Shown here: positions 23,431 through 34,975 of the stretch, piece after piece
Numbering within the stretch: the stretch's first letter is position 1
Layout: each line of letters opens with the position of its first letter
Source: Nemertoderma westbladi
Lineage: Eukaryota; Animalia; Xenacoelomorpha
NCBI GenBank assembly: GCA_032718475.1
Contig: JAUCBJ010005400.1
Span: 1 to 37,528 of the forward strand
Length of the DNA stretch: 37,528 bases
Direction: 5' to 3'
Position numbers and translations under genes: made by a program
Notes under the pieces: generated by a model
What the model saw: the letters and a program-made list of their open reading frames with translations, nothing else
Told to the model about the DNA's origin: nothing
The model's database searches: none

Positions 23431-23675
23431 CTCTGTGATAATGAATGACTCAAAATCTATCGCATAAAACACGGTCTTATAACGGCTTGTACTTTACGGA
23501 CTTTATAACCTTTCCACCATAGTTCAAAAACCCAGTGATTTCTATTTTCCAGATGCTATTAATTTCTTCCTTTAGATAAAAATAGTGTACTGTACGTAAC
23601 AACATTGAATTACATCTGGGAAGAGGGAAAAAGAGAAAACGGTGAGGCGCGGTGCTTAGGGTCCGTTAGGAACCG

Positions 23676-23760
23676 AAGTAAAGTAAAGTAAAGTAAAGTA
23701 AAATAAAGTAAAGTAAAGTAAAGTAAAGTAAAGTAAAGTAAAGTAAAGTAAATTAAAGTA
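23676..23760 (+). repeat. (AAGTA)n microsatellite, 17 units
   Basis: Directly visible, with two point variants. Confidence 0.95.
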
Positions 23761-24550
23761 AAAAGAAAGAATTAATTAGTAAATTAATTAGTAAATTTTT
23801 TGAAAGTTGCGGGCAAATACCTCTCGAACGTTTGACTCCAGATCAAATCGAACTTGCTCAAGTTCGCGTGATGCGCGACGCCCCACGAAAGTGTATTACT
23901 GTAGGTTTGTATTTAAATAATTAGATCATAATTTTATTCAGTTGTAACTCAGGGTATAATTAAAAGTTAAAGTGCGACGTCATCATTTAATTATACATTA
24001 GCTTTGCTTTATGACGGCGCCATTCATTACATTTATAGACTACACTATAGCGGTTTTTATTGGGAGAAGGGCAATGTGAATGAAAGGAAAGGGATGACAG
24101 GGAATTGGGTTGGGACATGTGAATGTGTTTCCCGGGGCAGCTGGTCAAGAAGCTATATATTAAAGCTGTGGGAACTTCATTACGTATTGCATTCTAACTG
24201 GTATTTGAGTTCATCTGTGTCCCAACCATGTGGTCGTCGCATAATCTGAGGCTTTATTAGTATTGCGAGAGCCGCCTCGAATTTATTGTATAATACCAAT
24301 GAATTATTTTATTTCTTTTCCATTTTTCCTACTAGGCCCTATACTGTAGTACTGTAGGCGTCATTTAAGCTCTTGTATTAATTATAATGTAGGGCCTACT
24401 TAAAAATTAATCCCTCTCAATGAATAGCTTATGTAAAGAGATTTATGTAGTGATTGATTATACATGGATGGACTGATGGATAAGGATAAGATAATATTTA
24501 TACAGTATAATAATAATAGGGGTAAAAATTATTGATATTAGCGTACAGAA

Positions 24551-26140
24551 ATGTCTACAGGTGATGGCATCGCCGAACTTTATGCTGGTGTTAAACAAAT
24601 AGAGGACATAGAGTCGGACACAGAACCTGATGAGAAACATGTTGAACACAACCTTGACACTGCCATAGAATACACCGGTTTCGGTTTGTTCCATATATTA
24701 TTCACCCTTTGTTGTGGGTGGGCCAACGTGTCTGACAGCTTCGAGGTCATGTCGGTTTCTTTTATTCTTCCTTCCGCTGCGTGTGACTTAGATCTAACCT
24801 CAACCGATAAGGGAATCCTAACTTCCGCTATTTTCGTAGGTATGATGGTGGGCGGCTATGTTTGGGGCGCTCTGGCCGACATCAATGGTCGTCGTAAAGT
24901 CCTCCTGTTCTCCCTTCTTGTCAACGGAATCTCGGCTCTTCTTTCGAGCTTCTCTCCTTACTTCTCTCTCTTCGTGATCCTTCGGTTGTTCAGCGGGATC
25001 GGTGTCGGCGGCTCCATCCCGGTAATATTTACCTTCTGCTCCGAGTTCCAACCCGCCTCGCGTAGGGGCTCTATGATTGGCGTTGTCGCTTTCTGTTGGA
25101 TCCTCGGCAACGTGCTGACCGCGGGGGTCGCCTGGCTCGTTATACCCGGGGACACCCACTTCATTACGTTAGGAACTCTGAAGTACGACTCTTGGCGGAT
25201 GTTCGTTGCATTGTGTTCTCTTCCGAGTTTAACATCCGCTTTTATCATGTTATTCCTTCCGGAAAGTCCTAAATTTCTATACTATAGCGGGAAACACGAC
25301 GAGGTTGTAAAAGTTCTAGAACTAATGCACCGATGGAACCATAGGAATGGGGAGGTTTTCTTGGTTAAATCATTAGTAGCATGTGAGTTAGAATATGAGC
25401 GTTTAGCTATTAGAGCGAGTAGCGATTACATCCCAGCGTCGCGTCTGCGACGGTTCTTGGCCGAGGTTCGGGACATCGGTACAGCAACCTGCTGTTTATT
25501 CAACCGGCACCTCCGCAAAATCAGCGTGGCGCTAGCTGTGGTAACAATTACTTTCAGTTTCGGTTACTATGGACTTGTCCTGTGGTTGCCCGAACTGTAC
25601 AATCGCATGCGATTGTATGGCGGCACCCCATGTCAACCCCCGGACCTACCCAACCGTCCTGTTCCCGCCGGGAACTGCTCCACTCCGCTCTCCGATCAAA
25701 TCTTCGTAGATTCTTTCTACTCGACTTTGGGTAGCATCCCAGGCGCGATCCTAACTACTATTTTTGTTGATTACATTGGTAGGAAGGTACTACTCGCTTC
25801 AGGTATATTTGTCTCCTCTGTTACCGTATTTTTTATCTGGCAACTCCACAGTGTCACCGACGCTGTTATCCTCGCCACAGTGTTCGGTTGTTTCGCTACG
25901 GTAGCCTGGGTTGCCTTGGACGTGGTCTACACCGAGGTCTACCCCACAACGCTCCGGTCCACTGCCTTCGGTTTTTTCATGTTTATCAGCCGAATCGCTA
26001 CGATTCTCGCTCAGCTTACTTTCGCCGAGATGGTCGACTCGCATTGCGCCGTTCCCATTCTCCTAGTCGCCACGCTATTAGCGGTTGGGTTTGTGGTTAG
26101 CTTGGTTCTCCCGAATCGCAAAGGGAAATACCTCGAATAG
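24551..26140 (+). CDS. SV2-like (synaptic vesicle glycoprotein 2/SVOP family) major facilitator superfamily transporter, 529 aa, single coding exon
   Basis: About 12 hydrophobic segments. MFS motif A GALADINGRR and its repeat VDYIGRK, plus RLFSGIGVGG, EFQPASRRG, PESPKFL and EVYPTTLRSTAFG. The N-terminal GFGLFH...GWANVSDSFEVMSVSFILPSAACDL is SV2-like. The ORF is intact and GC-richer than its flanks. Confidence 0.93.
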   Translation: MSTGDGIAELYAGVKQIEDIESDTEPDEKHVEHNLDTAIEYTGFGLFHILFTLCCGWANVSDSFEVMSVSFILPSAACDLDLTSTDKGILTSAIFVGMMVGGYVWGALADINGRRKVLLFSLLVNGISALLSSFSPYFSLFVILRLFSGIGVGGSIPVIFTFCSEFQPASRRGSMIGVVAFCWILGNVLTAGVAWLVIPGDTHFITLGTLKYDSWRMFVALCSLPSLTSAFIMLFLPESPKFLYYSGKHDEVVKVLELMHRWNHRNGEVFLVKSLVACELEYERLAIRASSDYIPASRLRRFLAEVRDIGTATCCLFNRHLRKISVALAVVTITFSFGYYGLVLWLPELYNRMRLYGGTPCQPPDLPNRPVPAGNCSTPLSDQIFVDSFYSTLGSIPGAILTTIFVDYIGRKVLLASGIFVSSVTVFFIWQLHSVTDAVILATVFGCFATVAWVALDVVYTEVYPTTLRSTAFGFFMFISRIATILAQLTFAEMVDSHCAVPILLVATLLAVGFVVSLVLPNRKGKYLE

Positions 26141-26960
26141 TCTCACCTACATTTGAACTACCTCTAGAATAACTCCCGCCATCGCATTTAAATATTCGCC
26201 TACTTACATATTGCATATTGGTACTGGGTTCGTTTTTTGTATTTAATGCATTGATTTTTTAATAATTGTGTTTTACGCATTAATCGAGATTTATCCAATG
26301 AATTTATAGCGTTGTTTTATTCTGTTTCAACAACAAAGCTCATACAAAACAAAACTCAAATCAAAAACGGATATCCAAACGCGCATCATAAATAACTGGG
26401 TGTGTTATGATGAGGTATATAAGGCCCCCAAATTAATAAAACATCGCCATTTTAGAGGTGAAATAAATGTTTATGCAAGCGGTTTAATGTTGCGGGTTTT
26501 TTAAACCGGCAACGATATGCCATAGTGTAAATGATAAGCCGACAACCAAAGTCGATAACCTTTATTAACGATAATTAATGTAAATTGTCAATTGAAGGAA
26601 ACGAAACGGTTATATTTACACAGTGTTTGAAAGCTAATTCTAGCCAATTAATATTCTGTCATTGTGAACAACTATCATTGATCATTGGTCTACTATAGGT
26701 GCCAAATTAACTTTAATTAATTTAATTAATTAATTAACCGCTTTTAAAAAAATTCAAATTTTTTTAAAAAATGAAAAAACCATTTGCAATAAAAAAATGT
26801 AGAAATATTATGAAACCAAGAAAAACTGGCGGGAATTTATTGAAGCTTACGAAATTACCTTTCATATAAAGCAAAAATTTCAAAAAGCGATTGAGAAATG
26901 GCGGAGAAGTAATATTATTCGTATGAAAAAATGTCATTCTGAGGGATATATTTTTTTACA

Positions 26961-27050
26961 GAACACAAGCGAACACAGTAGAACACCCCCGAACACACTC
27001 CAAAAACTGCCGAACACAATCGAACACAGTCGAAAATAGAAAGAGCACAA
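26961..27050 (+). repeat. Degenerate 10-bp tandem repeat with GAACAC core
   Basis: gaacacaagc gaacacagta gaacaccccc gaacacactc ... cgaacacaat cgaacacagt. Confidence 0.7.
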
Positions 27051-27474
27051 AAAAATAACACAGGGTACCAACTTTTAGATAACATTAGCCACGTGTTGCT
27101 TTTCTATAAGAAAATTCCCGAAATTATTTAATAAAATTGTCGCGAAATTAAATATTCATTTATTTTCACATCAGGCCGAGCCTAAAGGCGACAACTAATA
27201 ATTTAACATACTGTAGTACTGTAGTAGGTCTAGTTAGTAGTGTGGTTAGCACCGGGACAGAGATCCTTACCGGTACCTGCCAGGGTAGGTACTTAACCAG
27301 GACCCAGCTCTTTATATTCCAGTGCAGCAGTAGGCAGGTAGGTACCGGTACCTACAGTATGTTGTACCGTACCGTACGTCATGTACAGTACAGTACGTAC
27401 GGTAACGGGATATCTTCCTAATTCATATCCCCAGCAATCAGTCCCAGACGAAGCTATTCTAGTACACAGGCAAA

Positions 27475-28210
27475 CAGGGGTGGGTTGCTGGACGCCCTAC
27501 TTAACCCCTATTAGTTAAAAGCGCTTTTAAAAAAACTTTAAATAACGCTATTAGCTTAATAAGGTTGCTTGACACCCTTTTAACCTAAAAGCACTTTTAG
27601 TCTGCTAAAAGCGCTTTTAGTAAGACAACTATTTTCTATGGAGCCACTAATAGGGGTTAAAAGTTACTTCGAAGCACCTTTTAGTTGCTATTAAAGGCTA
27701 TAACAATAATGCATTATATATTTTTGTACCATAACATCATTAATATCGTGTCATTTTTTGTGGCCACATTTGTTCTAGAACAATGAATACATCAATGTTT
27801 AATGTCAAATATATTCTAGAATAATCATACTATACTAGAACCAATATTATAAGTTATAATGATCATTAAAAGTGACTTAAAGCTACGAAGTCCAAAAAAC
27901 GTAGAGGGTTGCCTCCATGGCGATATATTACCCTAATTAGATTCTAGAAATATATTATATCGTATTATTTAATGTTTTTATTTCGGTATCTACACATGCA
28001 AGTTTATTTTTTATTATGTCAGTGCATTTGATGTTGATGCTTGACAACATAACGCAAATGCAGTTAAATCGTGAGCGCGTATTAAGAAGTAAAGACAACC
28101 CATTTGATGTTTTCAGTGACAAAGAACTTATCCAAAGGTTTCGGTTTGATAAATCAGCTATTATAGACATTTCAGATATCATTCGCGACGATTTTAAGAG
28201 ATATGATTAA
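27475..28210 (+). mobile_element. PIF/Harbinger transposon remnant: 5' end plus N-terminal transposase fragment
   Basis: ORF 28016-28210 RERVLRSKDNPFDVFSDKELIQRFRFDKSAIIDISDIIRDD matches the N-terminal pattern of HARBI1/Harbinger transposases. Upstream are a G-rich putative terminus and palindromic subterminal repeats. No DDE core follows. Confidence 0.7.
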
Positions 28211-28379
28211 TTAATACATAATTAATATTTATTTGTTAATTCAACTTTTTACTTTTATTATATTATTTATTGACGCGGGGGTGGTCTAACGCATTCCACT
28301 AGACAGGCTCGTTCTTTGTCATTCCATGCTGGCTTTCTATTTCTTTTCGCCATCTTAATGTCTATAATTTAATCACATA

Positions 28380-30137
28380 TCAATCACAATATAACACTTC
28401 TAAATCGTGGTAAGGCAACTGACATACTCAACATGAAAGCAGAAAATCTTTACCATGGCTTATCTCACAATTGATGTACATTCATAGCTGACATGTTTAA
28501 CTCCATCAACAAATCAGGAAACTGTCCCTTGATTCTATCCCAAAGCCTCTTCTTAATCGCTGTTCTTAAACCAATGAAAGGTAACTAAATTTTTGAAAAC
28601 ATGCGCTTTAGAGGCATCACCATACTCAATGTCATTGCCAAATTATGGGAAACTACAATACTTAAGGAATTAGAATGCCTACAAACGAACGACCTACAAC
28701 TTGGTTACAAAACTAAGGTAAACTCGGAGACAGCATACATAACAACAGCTAACCTTATTAAAATCTATAATCAACAGCATTCCCAGGTGCACACAGTTTG
28801 TTTAGACCTCACTTCAGCCTTTGATAAAGTATCATATAACCAGCTCTTTTCAAAGCTATATTCATCAGATGTAAACCCAAGAATTGTTTCTGCAATAAAA
28901 TCATACTACCTGAACTCTGTTGCATACATGCGTAATGGGACATATATTATATATCAGGAAGAAATATCACTAGAACAGGGCGTCCATCAGGGAGGAGTGT
29001 TAAGTTCACTGCTATTTAACTTCTACATTGCTGAAATGGTAAATTCTCTAATTGAAAGCGGCCTGGGACTCCACCTCAATGGCTTATCATTCTGCATTAT
29101 AACGTATGATGATGACATTGTTCTCTTAGCTAATATAAAATCAGATTTAACAGATGTTACAATTAGCCTCTGAATCTCTATCAAACTTGAACCTTTCAGT
29201 CAACATAAAAAAATCGAATTACTTAAACATTGATACTGATGGTTCCACTATCATGGGAGACAAAGTATTTATAGGGGAACAACCGATTAAATCAGTATAA
29301 TCTTGTAGTTATATGGGCTTACCCCTGCCATCAAACTCGAGAGCTTTGAAACACACGATTTTGAACAAGTTATGGATGAATGTCGCTATGATAAACACTC
29401 AGGGTTTCGCTGTTGATAATATGAGCATCGATGTACTGACTACCATATGGCGATCCCTTAGTTTACCAAGTGTTCTGTATGACTCGTCATCACTAGAATC
29501 AAAAGACATAATCGAAATTGCCACCTCAACAAGAAAAGCCATGCGTAGCCTACTACGGGTATCAAAGATGTCAAATGTCATCCTGAATAATTTGTTCCAA
29601 ATACCAAATGTATCTGACATCATACGTGGAAACCAATGTCGCACTATATATAATACATTCAATTGCGGCAATAAAAAAGTAATGTATTTGTTTTATTACC
29701 TACTTGGAGTGAACATTACTGGCCAGGGTAATGTTAAATTATACTCAACCTATAACATATCATCATGGGAATCCAACATACCGAGTGTTACATCTCTTGC
29801 AGTTCATAAATACGCCATAAAGGCTTGTCTTAGTAAACTTAAAAGCACCTGCATCACCCTAACACCCGAGAGAGTTATAAAATACTGCATTTAAAAATTA
29901 TCTATGGAAAATGTGGAGTAAATTTTAATATCCGAAGGCCACTTATTCAGGACATTCTAGATATTTGAACATTGTTTGTCTTGTCTTACCTTCTTAACCA
30001 TACGCCACTTGTGATTCAGTTTTCAATGATTCTTATCTTTATGTGCAAGTGAAATCATTAGTATGTCGTCCGACCATTTAACTAATTAAAGCCGCCGGGG
30101 CCTTATACCAGATTGAAATAATAATAATAATAATAAT
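28380..30137 (+). mobile_element. Decayed, 5'-truncated non-LTR retrotransposon (LINE) with reverse transcriptase and an (AAT)n tail
   Basis: RT motifs FRGITILNVIAKLWE, QLGYK, CLDLTSAFDKV, GVHQGGVLSSLLFNFY and YDDDIVLL (YADD box altered). Stops and frameshifts lie around 28480-28590 and 29170-29310. A further piece is at 29313-29894 and the (AAT)n tail at about 30117-30137. Clade not determined. Confidence 0.88.
28601..29173 (+). pseudogene. Reverse transcriptase core fragment
   Basis: ORF-track fragment carrying the RT motifs, bounded by disabling lesions on both sides. Confidence 0.85.
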
Positions 30138-31145
30138 GTCTAAGTTAGTATGTAGTATAATGAGAGTCTCATTCGTATATTTAGGCAAGTCAATCTAGCA
30201 TAAGACCCAAAATATATTTCCTTCCTATCATAAATTTTAGTGACAGAAAAATTTATTTTTTAATCAAATTTTCTACATTTCTAACCTCGAACGCAGATCG
30301 AATACTGTAGGACCGTAATATATACAGTACATATTATTTGTATGAAATTATGTAAATAAATAAATCAATTTACAGTATAAACGCAAAAGTATATCTCTGT
30401 CATTGCGTTATAAAAGTTTTAGTTTTAAGTTAAGGAGTTTAGTTTTAGCGAATTAGTTTTTGTTTACACGTTTTCCCCTTCTTTTCCTAGATTGAATGGA
30501 CTACTTGTGGGCTTTTATTATTTTTCAGATGAGACAAATAAAAATTTAATAGCTCCAGTAGTTTTCGAGATATGAGGAGTTCCTGGCACCTATACCATAT
30601 CAACACCTTTCGGAATTGATAAAATTACTCAAGATACATCACCTTTCAAAGAGCTTGGTACATTATAACCATTAAACCATACTTTTTTGTTTTGTTGAAT
30701 TAATTATTAGTAATCGAAAGCAAGATTAGAAGCAAAATTGTCATTGTTTATTTTATAATAGACACTAAAAGAGCACCAAAACTACAAGCAGCTTGAAATT
30801 TTAAAATAGCCAAAATTGGTAAATTTGGTCTTATAGTTTGGTTATTGAGGTTTTAGAATGTGCTGTTTTCATTGGCAAGGTTTATAAAATTGTGGTATTT
30901 ACAAAAATGGCCAATTTGTCAGTCGAAAATTTTAAGTGCCAGCCAGTGCACTTCTATTTCAGTACTGCAGTACTCTGGTAATGATCCAGTCTGCCAGTAA
31001 TGTAGTGAATTATTCAGTATGTGCATTGCACTGCACTACCTGACTACTGCATTGGGCATTACATTACTGCTAAGTGCTGACTGCATTATGCTGTTACTGT
31101 GTTACTTAATGCCTTATCATTATTATATTAAGGGGACGTCTATTT

Positions 31146-31240
31146 ACACCAAAAACACACAAAAACACACAAAAACACACAAAAACACACAAAAACACAC
31201 AAAAACGCACAAAAACACACAAAAACACACAAAAACATAC
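31146..31240 (+). repeat. (AAAAACACAC)n 10-bp tandem repeat, about 9 units
   Basis: Directly visible. Confidence 0.92.
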
Positions 31241-32265
31241 GGCACATAAATGAAATGCCTGCAAACCTGAATCTGAACGATAATTAATTACAGAATTATC
31301 ATTGTGGTTTGGGTTGTTGTCTGTTTGTATGCCTGTTTGTATGCATGTTTGTCTGTATGGTGTGGATGTACTTAATTGTAATCCAAAACGCAAATAATTA
31401 TTGCTGAAATAGGCATAGTCCAGTTAGTCTACGCTTGCTACAGGTACCTTCAGTATAAATTAGATCATTGATGCCCTCGATCCTCTGTGGAATTCCCATA
31501 GAACATCACATTGTCTAGGCGGATGCATTGCGCTTATTCCATCTAAACATTACTAATGATTGTCATCAGGTTATGGTTGATATAAGTTGATGATGCCTTT
31601 GATAAATTGCGCAAACTGCGATTATTACAGTGAACTGTGGTTGCGTTTCCCCAACATCTCTTTCCAAGCTTGGTGAGAATAACTCTTCCGGGAAGAAAAA
31701 TATACTCGATTTATGACTACCATCATCCTGTCATCTGATACATCATATGTTGACGTCACAGTGAATTCTCCCTGAATCTGAAACTACAGTACTAGCTCGA
31801 TTCATTCATACTTTATCATTATACACACTGTGTCTGTATTTCATATTCCCTATCCTATGCGTAATATTATTATGGTGTCCGGATATTGCAAATAATAATA
31901 ATTGTGTAAAGAAATATTATACTGCATTTTTTGTAAGAGTTGGGTCCAAAGGTGCCAAATTATGGTTGAATTGAATGGCCGTTGTAAAACTAATTATTTG
32001 TTACATGCAGACATGGGAAAGCAAGACCAGTTATAAACCTCACTGCTTATATGTTCTAAGTTTTTTTTCCATATGTAATAGGTCTACGTAATTTTATTCT
32101 TAAATTGGTACTTCATTGTTGCTTAATTCTTTAATAAAAGATAGAGCGATTGCGATATTGTGTTACAAAATAAATTGAACTGTTTTTCACATAAATATAC
32201 TGTACAAGAGTAATAAACACGAATAGTGCTACTTTTCATACAATAATGTAAATAGTTATTATAAT

Positions 32266-33028
32266 TTGTGTGTTTTATATGTTTTTGTTTGTTTTTATTT
32301 GTTTTTGTGTGTTTTGTTTGTTTTTGTGTGTCTTTGTTTGTTTTTGTGTGTTTTTATTTGTTTTTGTGTGTTTTTGTTTGTTTTTGTGTGTCTTTGTTTG
32401 TTTTTGTGTGTCTTTGTTTGTTTTTGTGTGTTTTTGTTTGTTTTGTGTGAATTGTATGTTTTTGTGTGTTTCTGTTTGTTTTTGTGTGTTTTTGTTTGTT
32501 TTTGTGTGTTTTGTTTGTTTTTGTGTGTTTTTGTGTGTTTTTGTGTGTTTCTGTTTGTTTTTGTGTGTTTTTGTTTGTTTTTGTGTGTTTTGTTTGTTTT
32601 TGTTTGTTTTTGTATGTTTTTGTGTGTTTTTGTGTGAATTGTATGTTTTTGTGTGTTTCTGTTTGTTTTTGTGTGTTTTTGTTTGTTTTTGTGTGTTTTG
32701 TTTCTTTATGTGTCTTTTGTTTGTTTTTGTGTGTTTTGTTTGCTTTTGTTTGTTTGTGTGTGTTTTTGTTTGTTTTTGTTTATTTGTGTTTGTTTTTGTG
32801 TTTTTGTTTGCTTTTGTTTGTTTGTGTGTGTTTTTGTTTCTTTGTTTTTGTGTGTTTTTGTGTGTTTTCGTTTCTTTTTGTGTGTTTTGTATGTTTTTAT
32901 TTGTTTTTGTGTGTTTTATTTGTTTTTGTGTGTTTTTGTTTGTTTTTGTGTGTTTTTGTGTGTTTTATTTGTTTTTGTTTGTTTTTGTGTGTTCTTGTGT
33001 GTGTTTTGTTTGTTTTTCTGTGTTTTGT
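32266..33028 (+). repeat. Degenerate (GTGTGTTTTT/GTTTGTTTTT)n 10-bp repeat
   Basis: Directly visible. It is the reverse complement of the 31146-31240 unit. Confidence 0.92.
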
Positions 33029-33090
33029 ATTGACCCACTTCCCATTGATTTATCGACCTACTTTATCGGCCAATTTTACGAATATAATAC

Positions 33091-33338
33091 TTATATTATT
33101 TATATTATATTTATATTATATTTATATTATATTTATATTATATTTATATTATATTTATATTATATTTATATTATATTTATATTATATTTATATTATATTT
33201 ATATTATATTTATATTATATTTATATTATATTTATATTATATTTATATTATATTTATATTATATTTATATTATATTTATATTATATTTATATTATATTTA
33301 TATTATATTTATATTATATTATATTTATATTATATTAT
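33091..33338 (+). repeat. (TATATTATATT)n 11-bp pure-AT minisatellite, about 22 units
   Basis: Directly visible. Confidence 0.95.
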
Positions 33339-33535
33339 ACTATATAGAACTATCGCCTACCATGACCTATTATAAATACAACAGTAAGCTGCAGCAGCCC
33401 TCTAAATTAGTGGGACGTTTGTACTTATAAACCGGTGGTCATTAGACCTACTCTTGGCCGCTGGCACTAAATTTGCTTAGTATTCTATAGAGATTCCAAT
33501 AGAGATATTCTACGTATATTGTACTGTATAGAGAT

Positions 33536-33892
33536 CTAGGACCATCAGGACTCTGCCGCAACGACGGGGAGCGTGTAGACGGAGAGACACTTACTTGTGC
33601 CTTGGTCCCAGGGTTGACAGTGGTGTTTTACCCCCTTGCCCCTAGTCACTGCCAACAGACCCTAATTGCAGGGGGTCGTGTTGCAGGAGGAGCCGAGTAG
33701 GGGAAGAACATGACGTATGATGTAGAGGTGGTGGATCAGGGGCATATATTCCACCCTTTTGCGTTCAAGACGCAAGACCCTCGGCCGCCCCGGTCCGGAG
33801 ACATCCTCCAGGAGATCGGGTCCCATCTCCATACCGTGACGCATGAGCCACGCTCCCACAGGTCCCTACTTCAGCGCATCGTCGTGGCCATT
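33536..33892 (+). pseudogene. Restriction-like endonuclease domain fragment of a CRE-clade-like non-LTR retrotransposon
   Basis: Reading across frameshifts: PSGLCRNDGERVDGETL/VPWSQG ... PLAPSH ... AGGRVAGGAE*GK..TY ... GHIFHPFAFKT ... LQEIGSHLHTVTHEPRSHRSLLQRIVVAI. This follows the pattern GL.R.DGKRPDG.TL.PW..G / F.P.A.ET.G / L.QR.S.A.Q that I associate with CRE-like elements. A 4-bp ACTT duplication near 33590 breaks the frame. Confidence 0.72.
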
Positions 33893-34975
33893 CTGCTACT
33901 TTCCTTTAAAAGGTACCTAAATTGTGAATATCGAAATTAAAATATGTTAAAATAGGCTGAGACGACACCCCAATTGTTAATATGCATACGGGACATATTT
34001 GCTAATAATTGTAATCGTAATACTGTAGTTAGAGAAAATTCAACATACAGTAAAAATTATATTACATATTAAGAGACTCTTATTATTTTTGTTAAAGCCT
34101 TTGTGTCCTAAAATACGCATTTTATTCCCACTAAACTCTTTTAAACACTAAACACTAGACTTTTCTCTTCCATCATTTTAAGGATGTTTTTATAAATATT
34201 CCCCCAATAGCCGGCAATGCAGCGAAAGTGTAGTCTGTTGGTATTTAGTATTGTCTGCGACGGAGAGTATAAAATACAATGAAATAATTCTACTTTCACG
34301 ACTCAAACTTGCTTTCGAAATACCATTTCAAAATGTTTCCATTAAAAACCAAGATTAGAATTTAATCAGATCCATACTTGAAGATGGCATAGGCCCTACC
34401 AAAGGTTCTCTTGCCAGGTGAGTTTTGAGACAATTCTGTATTACTGTATTATTATTTTTCTGTAAGATTAAGCAAAAACACAGGTAGGAAAAATTAAGAC
34501 ATCGTGATCCTGTTGTTGCATAGTTTCCTGCAATAATCAGGCCTTGAGAGGCTGAGAATTCCTATCTACTGTATCTATAATCGGAATGCTGTATTGCTGT
34601 TGCATTGAGAGGCCATGATATGGCTTATGGATATAATTACGCAGCCACAATTTTCAACTACTATTTACTTTAAGAGGCTTCACAAGTTATTATAATGGGC
34701 AATCGGCGGCTGTCCACAATGCATATTATCTTCATCAGCCTGCCAAAGCACAAGATGACTCAAGGCAAAAGCAATGTGAATTACAGCTGTGAGTTGTACT
34801 TTACAATTTCGATCCTCGGTAACTCAGTAATGTTTTGATAAATTTTTTGCAAGTTGTACTGTAAAAAGTAATTTAGATAACATCTTACCCCTTTCTTCCA
34901 CGACTTGGCCTACTGAACATATTTATTTACAGATATATTAGTGTCATCTCAGTCAGATGGTAATGGTAGTGCAAA

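Noticed and set aside
23640-23675. TTAGGG/TTAGG words suggesting telomeric repeat, or a SINE body before the (AAGTA)n tract
   Set aside because: The words are isolated and not tandem, and I could not identify A/B boxes or a TSD.
24458-26100. Short ORFs antisense to or overlapping the SV2-like gene
   Set aside because: These are shadow ORFs of a GC-richer coding region, with no motifs.
31019-33430. Long Cys/Phe/Val- and Tyr/Ile-rich ORFs (up to 386 aa) and the KHTKT ORF
   Set aside because: They are translations of stop-free simple repeats.
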